From NCBI GenBank assembly GCA_964016885.1, contig OZ024758.1, positions 12,958,001 through 13,022,000 of the forward strand: a stretch of DNA of 64,000 bases. The letters are read 5' to 3'. Source of the stretch: Eledone cirrhosa (taxonomy: Eukaryota). Under the pieces are notes generated by a model. That model was not told where the DNA came from, did not search any database, and was given only the letters and a program-made list of their open reading frames with translations. A program made the position numbers and the translations under genes. Positions 27,804-42,836 of the stretch are shown here, piece after piece (within the stretch, counting starts at the first letter, position 1; every line of letters begins with the position of its first letter).

Positions 27804-27990
27804 GGATTGGCAGTATCGGTAGAGGATCGGACGCCATGCTTTGCAACATACAGTTACGTCCCTTTATGGTCTGAGTTCAAATCCCGCCGAGGTTAACTTT
27901 GCCTTTCATCCTTACGGGGTCGATAAAATAAAGTACCAGTAATGCACTGGGTAATTAATGGCCTTGTGCCAAACGTAGAAACAATTATTA
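27804..27990 (+). mobile_element. Full-length tRNA-derived SINE
   Basis: Same A/B boxes, central domain and (TTA)n tail as 8536. Confidence 0.9.
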
Positions 27991-27998
27991 TTATTATT

Positions 27999-28055
27999 GT
28001 CCTGTACTGTCCTTAATGTCTACTTTATGTAAACCCTTGTGGTTAATAAAGAAAA
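27999..28055 (+). mobile_element. Short Tx1-like 3' terminus embedded in (TTA)n
   Basis: Ends aacccttgtggttaataaagaaa, matching the Tx1 terminal motif gcccctgtggctaataaagaaa. Confidence 0.5.
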
Positions 28056-28379
28056 CATTATTATTATTATTATCATTATTATTATTATTATTATCCTTAT
28101 GATTTTTGTTGCTGTTACGCTTTTTTTCTGTCGTTTTTTTTTTTGTTTTGGTTTGTCTTTGTTTTTTTTTTTTGAAGTTGCTGCTGTTGGTGCTTTAATT
28201 GTTGTTGTTCTTCTTCTCCTTCTTTTCTTTTCTAGATGTCTTTCCTTTCAGCAAATTGATGTCTCTTGTGAATTAACAAAGTCAAGTGTAGCAACACGAT
28301 ACCATTATATCCCCGACGTCCTTCCGTAACAAATTGTATGGAAAAAAATAGTTACAGACCACTGCCAACCACTTTTTCT

Positions 28380-28391
28380 CTCTATTACTAC

Positions 28392-28463
<72 letters not shown>

Positions 28464-28478
28464 CTGTTACTACCTCAT

Positions 28479-28513
<35 letters not shown>

Positions 28514-28560
28514 CAATCTGTTATACCTCATTCTCTCTCTCTCTCCTTCTCTCTTACTAC

Positions 28561-28610
<50 letters not shown>

Positions 28611-28620
28611 CTGTTACTAC

Positions 28621-28688
<68 letters not shown>

Positions 28689-28698
28689 CTGTTACTAC

Positions 28699-28775
<77 letters not shown>

Positions 28776-29351
28776 TCTGTGTGTGTGTGTAAGGAAAATC
28801 TACAGTTAGAGCAACTGAGAGCAACTATCTCTCTCTCCATTACTTCCTTACTCCCTCTCGCTCTCCTCGCAACACACTCCCCCCCCTCTCTCTCTCTCTC
28901 CTGGCAATCTCTCTCTCCCTCTCTCTCTCTTTCCCTCTTCTGCCTATCCTCATCTCTCTGTATCTCTCTACCTTTCTCCCTTTATAAATGGGAAAACTAC
29001 AGTTAGAGACGACTGCGAATGACTACTTCTATCTCTCTATTCCTCCCTCATTCTCTCTCTTTCTCTCGCTATCTCTCTCTCTCTCTTTTCTGCTTATCTT
29101 TCTCTCCGTTTGTTGTCTCTCTGCCTTTCTCTCTCTCTCACCCTCTCACTCTCCCCTCACTTCTGCATATCATTCCCTCTCACTCTCTCTATGCTCCGAC
29201 TATCCTTCTCTCCATTTGTTCTCTCTCGCTCTGCTCGGCCATCCTTCTCTCTCTCTCTCTCTCTCTCCCTTTCTCTCCCCTCACCCTCTCACTCTCTCTA
29301 TGCTCCGACTATCCTTCTCTCCATTTTTTCTCTCTCGCCCTGCTCGGCCAT

Positions 29352-29418
<67 letters not shown>

Positions 29419-29496
29419 TCTCTCCCCTCACCCTCTCACTCTCTATGTTCCGACTATCCTTCTCTCCATTTGTTCTCTCTCGCCCTGCTCGGCCAT

Positions 29497-29505
<9 letters not shown>
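28380..29505. repeat. Compound (CT)n minisatellites
   Basis: Repeated spacer ctatcaatctgttactacctcatt (~4-5x) and ctctatgctccgactatccttctctccatttgttctctctcgccctgctcggccatcc (3x), separated by CT runs. Confidence 0.85.
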
Positions 29506-29534
<29 letters not shown>

Positions 29535-29597
29535 CTCTCCCTCTCTCTCCCTCTCTCTCCCCTCTCCCCCTCACCCCCTCCCCCCCCTCTCTCTTAC

Positions 29598-29945
29598 CCG
29601 CTATGTGTGGTGTTCTCAGTTATCTGTTCATCAGTTCGTTACGGACAATAATCCCGCGAAAGATTGACACAGTGATATTGTCAGGCAGCGATCCAGTGGC
29701 GACCATCAAACACACCGTCTGTCGAGGAATCACTGTTAGCAGAGCCTTACCCTCCGACCTCACGATCTCATCATGCCTGACTCGCAAAGTAGAATAACAG
29801 AGAGAGAGAGAGAGCGAGAGAGAGAGAGAGGGGAGGGGGAGGGGGAGGACGGAGGAAGGAAGAGGATCGGATATAAACAGTGAGAAATGAACACATACGC
29901 ATGCGCCATATTGGCTGCAGCAGCGGAGAGTGAAGAATTAAGACA
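29598..29945 (-). promoter_or_regulatory. Possible promoter / non-coding first exon of a host gene
   Basis: Unique CpG-containing island. Minus strand ccaatatggcgcatgcgt (YY1-like AANATGGCG overlapping NRF1-like GCGCATGCG) at ~29897-29914, and splice donor CGG|GTAAGA at 29598/29597. Confidence 0.3.
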
Positions 29946-30064
29946 GCTCTCTCTTTCCCTCTCTCTCTCTCTCTCTCTCTCTCAGTTTTCTTTCTACCTA
30001 TCTATCTATCTATCTATCTGTCTATCTTTCCATATATCTATCTATCTCCCTTTCTCTTTCTCTT

Positions 30065-30095
<31 letters not shown>

Positions 30096-30170
30096 CTATC
30101 TCTCTCTCTTTCTTTCTTTCTACCTATCTATCTCTCTCTCTACCTATCTATCTATCTATCTGTCTATCTT

Positions 30171-30273
<103 letters not shown>

Positions 30274-30300
30274 CTATCTATCTAGCTATCTGTCTATCTT

Positions 30301-30382
<82 letters not shown>

Positions 30383-31636
30383 TCTCTCTAGATTTTAGTG
30401 GTGAAAAGAGATCGCAAGAGAGAGAAATATATATAAATAAAGATGGGAAGGAGAGAAAGTATGAGAGAGAGAGGGGGAGAGATGAAACTAGTTACTTTTC
30501 TTGTATCATAGAAGAGAAAAATTGAGAGGGAGAGAGAGTGAGAAAGTGAGAGTGAGAAATTGAGAGAGAAAGTGAGAGAGTGAAAGAAAAATTGAGAGAG
30601 AGAGAGAGTGAGAAATTGAGAGAGAAAGTGAGAGAATGAAAGAAAAATTGAGAGAGAGAGTGAGAGAAATTGAGAGAGAGAGAGTGAGAGAGAGAGCGAA
30701 AGAAAGGTCTTAAGAGAGAGAGAGGGGGGGAAGAATTCTGTTATTTCTCTCACAGATTTAACTCTAATGACAATTTTACTCTCCTCCCACTACACAGTAC
30801 ATCTCTTCCTCCCTTCCTCTTTTATCGTTCTTCTCTTCCACTTTCGTCCCCCACCACCCCCAACCAATCTATCTAAACTAACCATCCAGCCACTCATCCA
30901 CCCCATCAGGCCACCTCAGCCACACCACCATCTATTCCGTAACAATTTGTTGTCGTTATCATTGTTTTTGTTGTTTTCCTTTTTTTTTTTGTTTGTTTTC
31001 CTTTTTTTTTGTTGTTTTTTTTGTTGTTGTTTTTTTGCCTTGCGCACCAGAAAATGAGGATTTGAATGAAATTGCCAGGACGGTTAAGTGCAAGAGTTTG
31101 CCAGTGATTTAGGATGAAGATAAGAGAATGGAGGAAAATAGTAAAGGAGAATTAAGATGTGGCGTAAACGAAACGAAATCCGCATGCAATGTGGTTTCGC
31201 ATCTAGTTAGTTGTAGTTTATTTGTTTCCCTTTCTCTAAGTGAATGGGCGAATAAAGATTGAGTCTCTGACTGACTCCTAACCTCTTTGCCAAGTAAACT
31301 GTACAGATCATTAATCAGAATTTAAAACTCTTGCTCTGCTAAATGAAGTTGAAATGCCTAACACTAATACAGTTGGTGTATTGTGTCAGGGGATTAAGGA
31401 ATTTACCTAAGATTTTCCCGGAGAGAATTAAGATAATCGTATCTTTTAAAAACGGTGCGCTACTAATTCTTCTTCACTATTTTTTATATTTTTAGGGCTT
31501 GTGTGTAGTGATATTACTGATAAGAAGGGACATTAGAAATACGATACCTGAGAAAAAGGGGAAAGACAAATGGGTCCAGAAGAATGATATAGATAGACGG
31601 AGAACTAGAGAGAGAGAGACACAGTAAAATAGAGTC

Positions 31637-31667
<31 letters not shown>

Positions 31668-31882
31668 TATAGTGGCGGACTGGATCTAAAAATATGGGTT
31701 GCCAGGAGATGAAGGGAGCCCACCTACATATAGAATGCTATCATTTAATTTAAATAACATTTTCAAAAAATACATGTGGAAACAAAACAGTGGAAACAAA
31801 ACAGTGCAATCAAATTTTTCTGGAAAAATATCTTACCTTCACCAATAAAAAATATGCATTTTGCGAAATCCAGACTTTCAAT

Positions 31883-32311
31883 AATGTCCAGAAGTCGCAC
31901 CTAATAGCTCTAGGAAAGCCATGAACGTCACCACATATTTTTAACTTTGATTTTGAAAGTCGGTTTATCATTATCAATTTTCATTATACGTTTGTAGCTA
32001 TCTCGGTGGCCGACGGTGGTGATCTTTGTCTGGAGTTCGATCCTGGTCGAGAGTAGGGTTCCCGTTTTTTCTATTGGTTTTAAAATAAAAACTGAAAAAG
32101 GTTACTTGTACCTCTGGACCAGGATTGAACCCAAGGCCAGGATATCCATCATCTCTAGTACCTACCAATAGTCCAATGAGAGAGCTACAAAAACTACTGA
32201 AAATTCATACTTATAAACCTACTTTCAAAATGTTCAAAACAAAGTGTTGTGGTGTCGTTCATGTCTTTCTTAATGTTATTGCTCCTACTTAAGGTCGGCT
32301 TCTAAATCATT
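31883..32311. mobile_element. ~430-bp imperfect palindromic (MITE/fold-back-like) element with tRNA-like B-boxes in both arms
   Basis: Paired segments: agaagtcgcacct/aggtcggcttct, gaaagccatgaacgtcaccaca/tgtggtgtcgttcatgtctttc, ttttgaaagtcggtttat/ataaacctactttcaaaa, tttgtagctatctc/gagagagctacaaa and gttcgatcctggtc/gaccaggattgaac. Confidence 0.65.
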
Positions 32312-32415
32312 TGGTTGTTCTATAAACTACATGCTCGTTTTGTTTCACATCTATCTAGACTATATTTTAACCTGTAATCCATGTTTCATTTCTGTTGGAC
32401 CTAATTTCTCCCCCT

Positions 32416-32485
<70 letters not shown>

Positions 32486-32496
32486 TGGAATCCACA

Positions 32497-32770
32497 CCAG
32501 TACATTACTTTATTACATACTTTATTTTATCGACCCCGTAAGTATGAAAGGCAAAGTTAACCTCAGCGGGAATTTAACTCAGAATGGAAAGGGCCGACCG
32601 TAACTCTTTGCATCAAAGCATGGCGTCCGACCCTCTACCGATACTGCCATATAATTGTTTCTACGTTAGGCACAAGGCCAGCAATTACCCAGTGTATTAC
32701 TGGTACTTTATTTTATCGACCCCGTAAGGATGAAAGGCAAAGTTAACCTCGGCGGGATTTGAACTCAGAA
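32497..32770 (-). mobile_element. Two tandem tRNA-derived SINE copies
   Basis: Reverse complements of the 8536 family at 32497-32649 and 32652-32770. Confidence 0.85.
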
Positions 32771-32786
32771 TGATACTGCCATATAA

Positions 32787-32913
32787 TGATAGCTAAACTG
32801 AACAGGTTTTATATTAGGACCCACCTCTTGCCATTGTGCACTTTTACTCGACATTATTGTCTGTGTCTTTGTATTGTACCCTAAATGTCGGCCCTTGTGG
32901 CCTATAAATGAAA
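32787..32913 (+). mobile_element. Tx1-like 3' terminus ending in (TTA)n
   Basis: Ends ggcccttgtggcctataaatgaaa-(tta)n, the same terminal hairpin and poly(A)-signal-like motif as the Tx1 copies. Confidence 0.45.
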
Positions 32914-32934
32914 TTATTATTATTATTATTATTG

Positions 32935-34098
<1,164 letters not shown>

Positions 34099-34531
34099 CT
34101 TTCTCACACAAGTAATCACACAATCTGCCATTCTTCATATGAGATAAATATTATATTATATTATATTATATTATATTATATATATATAATATAAGTGCTG
34201 TGATATACGGATACATGTATTGCATATTATAAAAATTGTTAACGTGTAAATGCTTTCGCTTAACTCATCAAACTTCTATCCAGTATTTATATATTCATAG
34301 AGTTTCTAAAATAACGCATGTTATTATAAAGCACGTATTTGGCGAATTGGCGAGCATATACATAATTGTACATTATTGCATTATTATAATTACATTGCAC
34401 TTTATTCAGTTCAGTAACATTCATTAAGAAATATAGATGAACATGTGTTTTATTAGCATCTGCTACCACACTGTACACATGCTTTCCCATGCAGATTATT
34501 TCCCACTATTTTCGCACGCATGGCGTTAGAA

Positions 34532-34684
<153 letters not shown>

Positions 34685-34689
34685 TTATA

Positions 34690-34771
<82 letters not shown>

Positions 34772-34882
34772 TTGTACAAGAGTGTTGTTCCCTAACCCTA
34801 ACCATGTAACAGAAATATATATAATGCAATAAACAATTATGGTGATTTAATCCAGTTTTAACTACCATTGTTTGATATATAC

Positions 34883-34938
<56 letters not shown>

Positions 34939-34940
<2 letters not shown>

Positions 34941-35126
34941 CGAAGGAAATGTGGTAAGGAACCAGATGGACCATAACGCACCAAAGTACTCAATACTAAG
35001 GGTAGTAGAGTGGGTAATAGGAACAAGTATTACCCCGACGGCAAAGCTCAAGCCGTTTCGACGGCTAATTCTGGACTGAATTAGCCGTCGAAACGGCTTG
35101 AGCTCTGCCGTCGGGGTCATACTTGT

Positions 35127-35130
<4 letters not shown>
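34939..35130 (-). mobile_element. Fold-back family P copy 4
   Basis: Palindrome ctcaagccgtttcgacggctaatt/aattagccgtcgaaacggcttgag plus the shared tail in reverse, with (TA)n flanks. Confidence 0.8.
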
Positions 35131-35213
<83 letters not shown>

Positions 35214-35250
35214 GATGGATAGATAGACAGACAGACAGATAGATAGATAA

Positions 35251-35323
<73 letters not shown>

Positions 35324-35627
35324 ATCGGTTTAAATGTAGTTAGACCATTACTCACCAGAGTACTCAATACTTGGTGGAGAAGAATATGGCTGTATTACAC
35401 ACAGTACTGTATATGAGGATATGGCTCACAAATTAGAGTAAATTAAAGCACTGCATATCATCATATATCATCTGCATAAAATGGTATTATAAATGTGTAG
35501 GTGTGTATATATATGTTTGCGTGCGTGTATATGACACTATGCAAATACCCAAGCATATCTATGCTTATATATGTGTGTCTGTGTTTGTCTGTGTGACACA
35601 GTGTAAATATGCAAACGTATCTATGCT

Positions 35628-35663
<36 letters not shown>

Positions 35664-35824
35664 CAATTATTGCTGTATGTTTGGGTGCGTATGTCATCCG
35701 CACTGCAAACAGTGTGTGTGTGTGTATAATTATTGCTGTATGTTTAGCTATTTATGTCATCCGTACCGCCAACAGTGCGTGTGTGCTTGTGTGTGTAACT
35801 ATGTGTGTGACACTGTGCAAATAT

Positions 35825-35921
<97 letters not shown>

Positions 35922-36399
35922 TGTGTAATTATTGCTGTATGTTTGGTTCTATCTGTCGTCCCTACTGCCAACAGTTTTTCGCTTTAATCGCGATATTAAA
36001 CAGTATTATTCAAATCAATTCTTCACAGAGAACTCCGTCGTTTTACAAATCAGGTTAATTTGATCGCTTTTTGTTTCATTATTTCACAGTTTTTTGTCCC
36101 TCGATTTTTTTTCTGTATTTGTTCTGTATTTGTTTTTCTTTTTTAATTTGTTTGTGTGTGTATGTGTGTGTGTTATTTATTTTTCTCTGTTTTACACTCG
36201 TATACACAGTCTAACACATACAGACACAATCAAATACATATTGACATACAAGCCCCTATACGTACACATATACACACACACTGGGATAAACAGAGCCATG
36301 CACGTATAGACAGACCATCCCCTGCACCCTCACACACCAAAGAAAGACACACATACATACACATACACACAAGCACACAAAAACACACAAACACACACT

Positions 36400-36730
36400 C
36401 ACGGGAATAAACAATGTCATACACATATAGAGAGACAACCTCTATCCCCGCTCACCAAAGATACGCACGTACACACACACACACACACATGAGAATAAAC
36501 AGTGACATACAAATCCATCCACACACATATATACACACACACACACACACATGAGAATAAACAGTGACATACAAATGCATCCACAGACACATACACCCAC
36601 ACACTAACACCCACACATACACACACACACGAGAATAAACAGTGACATACACACGTACACACACACATATACACACATACACACACACACACACATACAC
36701 ACACGAGAATAAGCAGTGACATATACATAC
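36400..36730. repeat. (CA)-rich compound minisatellite
   Basis: Spacer gagaataaacagtgacatac recurs about 5 times between CA runs. Confidence 0.75.
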
Positions 36731-37624
36731 ATCCACACACATACACCCACACATATACAGCCACATATATACACTCATAATTTTGTTTTCATCGTACCAT
36801 TCCTTCCCAACATGTCTGTTGCTAATCAGCAAGTCAAACACTTCTCTATTTGTTTGTTTGTCTTTTATGTGTTTGTGTGTCTTTTGTGTGTTTGTTGTGT
36901 GTCTTTTGTTGTAGGGATTATGGTTCTTCCATCGGTCAACTAATGGCAGTGAGACGGATCACAACCTTTCCATTCTCCCCAGTCCATGGAACCACATTAT
37001 ATGTCTTCTCTTTTACTGGTTCCGGGTTTAGTCCACTGCTTATTTATTTTATGGATCTTTATTTATCGAATTGCTCAGTTGCAGGATATAAACAATCAGC
37101 ATCGATTGTTAAACGATGTCGACGACATAGGAACAGCCATGGACAGACACAAATTCAGACACAGAGACACACACAGACACACACGCACACACAGACACAG
37201 ACACACAAACACACACAGACACACACATACACACACACACACAACCCTCAAGAGATGGGATATTACCTAATTTCAAGAACAGACCTCTTCAACCGTTGCC
37301 CACGCATGTTCAAATATATACTTAAAAACTCAAATATATACTTAAAAACTTTAAAATATCTCACTAAAACTACCACCAACACCACCAGAAATTCTATCAC
37401 TATCATAGTCATAACTACCATTAACATATTTACAACCATTGGCATCTCTTTCACTGCCATAACTGACCCATACCAACATGAACGTACTTAAAACCTTCGT
37501 GAATACCAATATCACAATCATTGACCAAACAACTCTGCTAACACTACCACCAACGCCGTCGCCCTGACTATCTTCTCTTGATCCACCACCTTAACCGCCA
37601 GCATTTCAATCACTTCCAATCACG

Positions 37625-37696
<72 letters not shown>

Positions 37697-37820
37697 CACA
37701 CAGACACACACATAAACAAACATTCACGCACACACGCATACAAACACATACACATCCATGATTTACAATATATCTGACATGTATCGGCGTTGTTGTCACC
37801 ACCGCCGCCACCACTCTTAC

Positions 37821-37855
<35 letters not shown>

Positions 37856-38619
37856 AGAGCATTATCAATTGGCTAATCAATCATCATAGTCATCATCACC
37901 ATCAACATCAGTAGCATCAGCCGCTACATCACCATCATACACTTCATCATTACCAGTGGTGGTCATCGTCAATATTACAACCACTATACCATCATCACCA
38001 TCATCACCACCACTACCAACAGCCCATTCCATCATTCTCATCCACATCGTTACCATCATCACCATCATCACTATAATTACTACCATCACCACCATCATCA
38101 CCCCATGCCATCATCACACTCACCAACACCATAACCACCATTAATATCATTACCACCATCACCATTAGCATCATCACTATAATTGCCACCACCACCATCA
38201 TCACTATCATCACTATAATTACCACCACCACCATCAGCTTCGTCACTTTAATTACCACCACCACCATCACCATCATCACTATAATTACCACCATTACCAT
38301 CACAATAACCACATTACCACCTTCACCATACCGCTATCATCACCATCATCGCCACAACGACTATGTCGCCATCATCACCACCATTACCACCATCACCTCA
38401 CCATCACTATTCCCTCACAATCTGCTCTACTCTCCGTCCAATACAAAATATTAACTCTTATCTCAGCCATCTTACATCCAACGCTACATCTAGTCATCAT
38501 AACATACTCTTATTCGTTGCCAGTCTTAATCGCATGAATACATTAACAATTTCCCTCGTACAAACATATATACAAATATACATACATACATACATTCATA
38601 CAAACATACATACATACAT

Positions 38620-38684
<65 letters not shown>

Positions 38685-38838
38685 TATGCAAGTATATTTC
38701 TATATAATAATATATGTAATTGTTCGGCCGCTAATATGTGTGAAAAAATGCGTTTGTTGTGTGCATGTACTTTACATATTAGATACACACTCGGCATACA
38801 TATATATCCATATATATTTGCGTGCATAAATACATATG

Positions 38839-39020
<182 letters not shown>

Positions 39021-39076
39021 AATGTATGTATGTATGTATGTATGTATGTATGTATATAAAGGCATATATGCATGTG

Positions 39077-39112
<36 letters not shown>

Positions 39113-39434
39113 TGGAACATTTACACATAGATACACAGACACACAAACACAGCCATTTTACTCTATCAGCCATTTTGGTCTATCAGCTTGTATGTAAACT
39201 GTCTACTCTATTTCTTCCCTGTTTTATTTGCCTTGTACAATGTAGTACACTCGTACATATGTTATCTGCCTACGTATTAATATTATCTGTTCTGAACGTC
39301 TTCTAATCTGGACTACTTACAAAGTATATCGACCTATCGTTATATCGTCAGATCGTCCTATCACTATAACAAGCCGTATCACCGCAGATCCTAACACATT
39401 CCACCTCCGCTTGCGCTTCCGCCCCCACGCCGCC

Positions 39435-39493
<59 letters not shown>

Positions 39494-39669
39494 TCTCCAT
39501 TAACATTCAAAATCCAACTAATATCTTCTACACTTGTTAATATTCAATGTAATTTTTGTAATTTGAAGGGAATTGTAAATTGCTACATCTACTACTTCCG
39601 CCGTTGTTGTTTTTTGTTGTTGTTGTTGTTGTTGTTTTTTTGCATCATCTAACACCACCATCACCGCTT

Positions 39670-39735
<66 letters not shown>

Positions 39736-41469
39736 TTATTATTATTATTACAACCACTACTGCTACTACTACTACTACTACCGCCACCACCACTACTGCT
39801 ACTGTTTTACTGCTGCTATTACTACTACTACTACAACTACTACTACTAATACTGCTACTACCACCACCACTACATGTATGTATATCCATACGGGCGTGTA
39901 TGCGTGTATAGTTGTTCTTGTTTATATAGATATGTATGTATGTGCGTGTAATTGTTGGTTAACGTGCAATTGTGTATGTGTGTATTCATAAGATTTCTTA
40001 CGAAAGAAATAGTTCTAGTCCTGTAGAAGTTATTTCTATAATAAAATGAAGATACCCATATATATATATATATATAGATACACACACACACACACACATA
40101 TATATAGGGTTAAAGTATTGTAAGAGAGGATGAAGCAGAGCGGTACAAAGCGAAACACGTGTAAGACCTATATAAAGAATTGTTTTAACGGTTTGTAACT
40201 CCTTCATTCACTCCTTCATTTGCTTATATATATATATATATATATATACAGTAAGAAAGAAAAAAAATGCCGATAGAGTGTTATGGGAAATGTGAACCAA
40301 ATGAAACAGAAAGAAAGAAAAGAATGAAGAACGAAGGAAAAATAGTAAGAGAGTAAAACACTGAGGGAAGGGGAATAGAAGTAAGTACATCAGTGAATGA
40401 GTTAATAAACAAGTGATTCTCGATAATTTATACCAGTAAACATATTTCTCCACTCCACATACATTAAGTCTCTTTTAAACATCCAAACAACTCCAGATTT
40501 TGGTTAATTTTTCTTCTTACTTTTTATTTTTCTAGTTTTTTTTTTGTTTTTGTAGTTTTCTTTTTACAACTTTTTGTCACATTCTCCAGACTTTTCCTGG
40601 TTGTTGATCCGATAAACAGACCCAATAATTCGCCATATCCACTCTGTTTTACGCTGTCTTGCCGAATTATATACGGCTTTTCCTCATAGTCTTCTTTACA
40701 AAGGCTCTCATTAGCAACAAACATTACATTCTCGAAAATATTTCAATCAGGTACAACGTCTCTCTCTTTTCGTTTCTTTTTCCTTTCCTAAATTTATATC
40801 CAACTTTTATATTGTTTTGTTTTTGATTTGTTTTATTTCATTTAATTTTTTTTTTTTTTTTTTCATTTTGTTTATTTGTAGTTTTTTAAGTTTTTGTTGT
40901 TGTTGTTTTTTGGAGGTTATTTTTGTGTTTATTTTTCTCCCGAACAAATCCCCTTTAATTCTAATTGGGCTTTACTAATTCTTTTAATTCATTTCTTCTA
41001 AATTTTGTTTAGCTTTCGATCTCTAACTGCCCCCCACCCCACCCTCCCACCCATCTCTCTTTCCCTCTCCTACCATCACTCCTCCACCTCCTACTCTCGC
41101 TAATTTCTTCCTATGGTTCTCTTCCTCTTCTTTCTCTTTTCTATTTTTGACATATATACATGCACCCATACATACATACATACATACATACATACATACA
41201 TACATACATACATACATACATACATAGACACATACATACATACATACACACTACATACACACATACATACATACACACATACGTACACACATACATACAC
41301 ACATACATACACACATACATACACACAACCATACATACATACATACACACATACACACACATACATACACATACATACACACACCTCACCATTTCTGTTT
41401 GTTTTCCTCATCTTAAAGCATCTTTATTCTATCTTTATTGTGTTTCTTGTTTATCTGTCTGTCTATCTA

Positions 41470-41534
<65 letters not shown>

Positions 41535-41707
41535 TTGTCTGTCTGTCTGTCTGTCTCTGTGTCTATTGGTCTCTTACTCTCTCTAATCGTGCACACAGAC
41601 AGATATACATGCAAGTGTATGTATATATGTACATGTGTGTATGTATGTATGTATGTATGGATGGGAGACAGACAGACAGAAAGGCAGACAGACAGACAGA
41701 CAGACAG

Positions 41708-41765
<58 letters not shown>

Positions 41766-41766
41766 T

Positions 41767-41805
<39 letters not shown>

Positions 41806-41807
<2 letters not shown>

Positions 41808-41871
41808 ATTTATTTGCCATAAGGGCGTACACAAATGGGACATTACAAGACGTTACGGCGGGGGGGTTGAC
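41806..41871 (-). mobile_element. 65-bp Tx1-like 3' terminus (subfamily C) in (GATA)n
   Basis: Minus strand gtcaacccccccgccgtaacgtcttgtaatgtcccatttgtgtacgcccttatggcaaataaattt-(atct)n. Confidence 0.75.
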
Positions 41872-41930
<59 letters not shown>

Positions 41931-41931
<1 letters not shown>

Positions 41932-42424
41932 TTCTTTATTAGCCACAGGGGCACAAAAGAAGGGGACAAATACAAAGGGGGAAGTTTACATACAATAAAA
42001 ACGTGTAAAATGTTATCACAAATGGAATTTAAAAAGTTAGTCGATTTTCCCCAATAGAGGGAGACAGTTTATACGGGTAACACATACCCCCGAAAAAAAA
42101 TGTGCAACCCTCATCTCCAGGAGTACGAAGAGCTTGTACTCCTTTCCTCTCCGCCTCCTTTTCCTCAACCTACAGGCTGATATAGAGAGAAGGCCCATTC
42201 ACTCGGGCCATTCTCGCCACTTTCACCCACCTTTTATAAAACTTGCTGGGGTACAGCACCTCTCTCTCCATCCTGATTCTTCTTCCAAAGTGGTATTTGA
42301 AAAAAAGAATCAGTTGTTGGCCGGAGAGAAAGGTGTCTGACCTCAGCCCTTTCAACCTTGTCCACCATACAACCTCTTTCGCCATAGCTATCACACAAAG
42401 GAAAACCGCCTCTCCTTCGTTTTT
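41931..42424 (-). mobile_element. 5'-truncated Tx1-like subfamily B copy in (GATA)n
   Basis: ORF2 C-terminus IAMAKEVVWWTRLKGLRSDTFLSGQQ...NGPSLYISL (42170-42394) is highly similar to the full element, but its 3' UTR differs. Confidence 0.9.
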
Positions 42425-42448
42425 GATAGATAGATGGATAGATAGATA

Positions 42449-42747
42449 ACTTTCTTTTTATTTGCCACCAGGGCATCAAAAGTGGGACAAGTACAATGGG
42501 GGGAGTTTACAAAACAAGGCATCCTCAATAAGGAGGAGGCAATAACAATATATAAAAATAAAATAAAATATAACAAAAATAAAATTTATAACAAAGTCCT
42601 CAATAGAGAGGAGGCGCCTTGGGGGGTCGCACACACCCCCGAAAAAAGTGTGCAACCCTTCTCCTCAGGAGCACAGAGAAGGGGTGCTCCCTTGGTCTTT
42701 CATCTTCCTCACCTATAGTCTGATGTAGAGTGAAGGCCCATTCACAC
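42449..42747 (-). mobile_element. 5'-truncated Tx1-like subfamily A copy (3' UTR + ORF2 end) in (GATA)n
   Basis: Near-identical to 42868-43165. Confidence 0.9.
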
Positions 42748-42771
42748 AGATAGATTGATAGATAGATAGAT

Positions 42772-42836
42772 AAATTTATTTGCCATAAGGGCCTACACAA
42801 ATGGGACATTACAGGACGTGACGGCGGGGGGTTGAC
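42772..42836 (-). mobile_element. Second 65-bp Tx1-like subfamily C terminus in (GATA)n
   Basis: Same sequence and same 5' end point as 41806-41871, with a few differences. Confidence 0.75.

Noticed and set aside
31670-31725. agtggcggactgg resembling a hAT/MITE terminal repeat
   Set aside because: No matching second terminus was found in the window.
34790-34803. ccctaaccctaacc telomere-like motif
   Set aside because: Only two units, so not distinguishable from chance.
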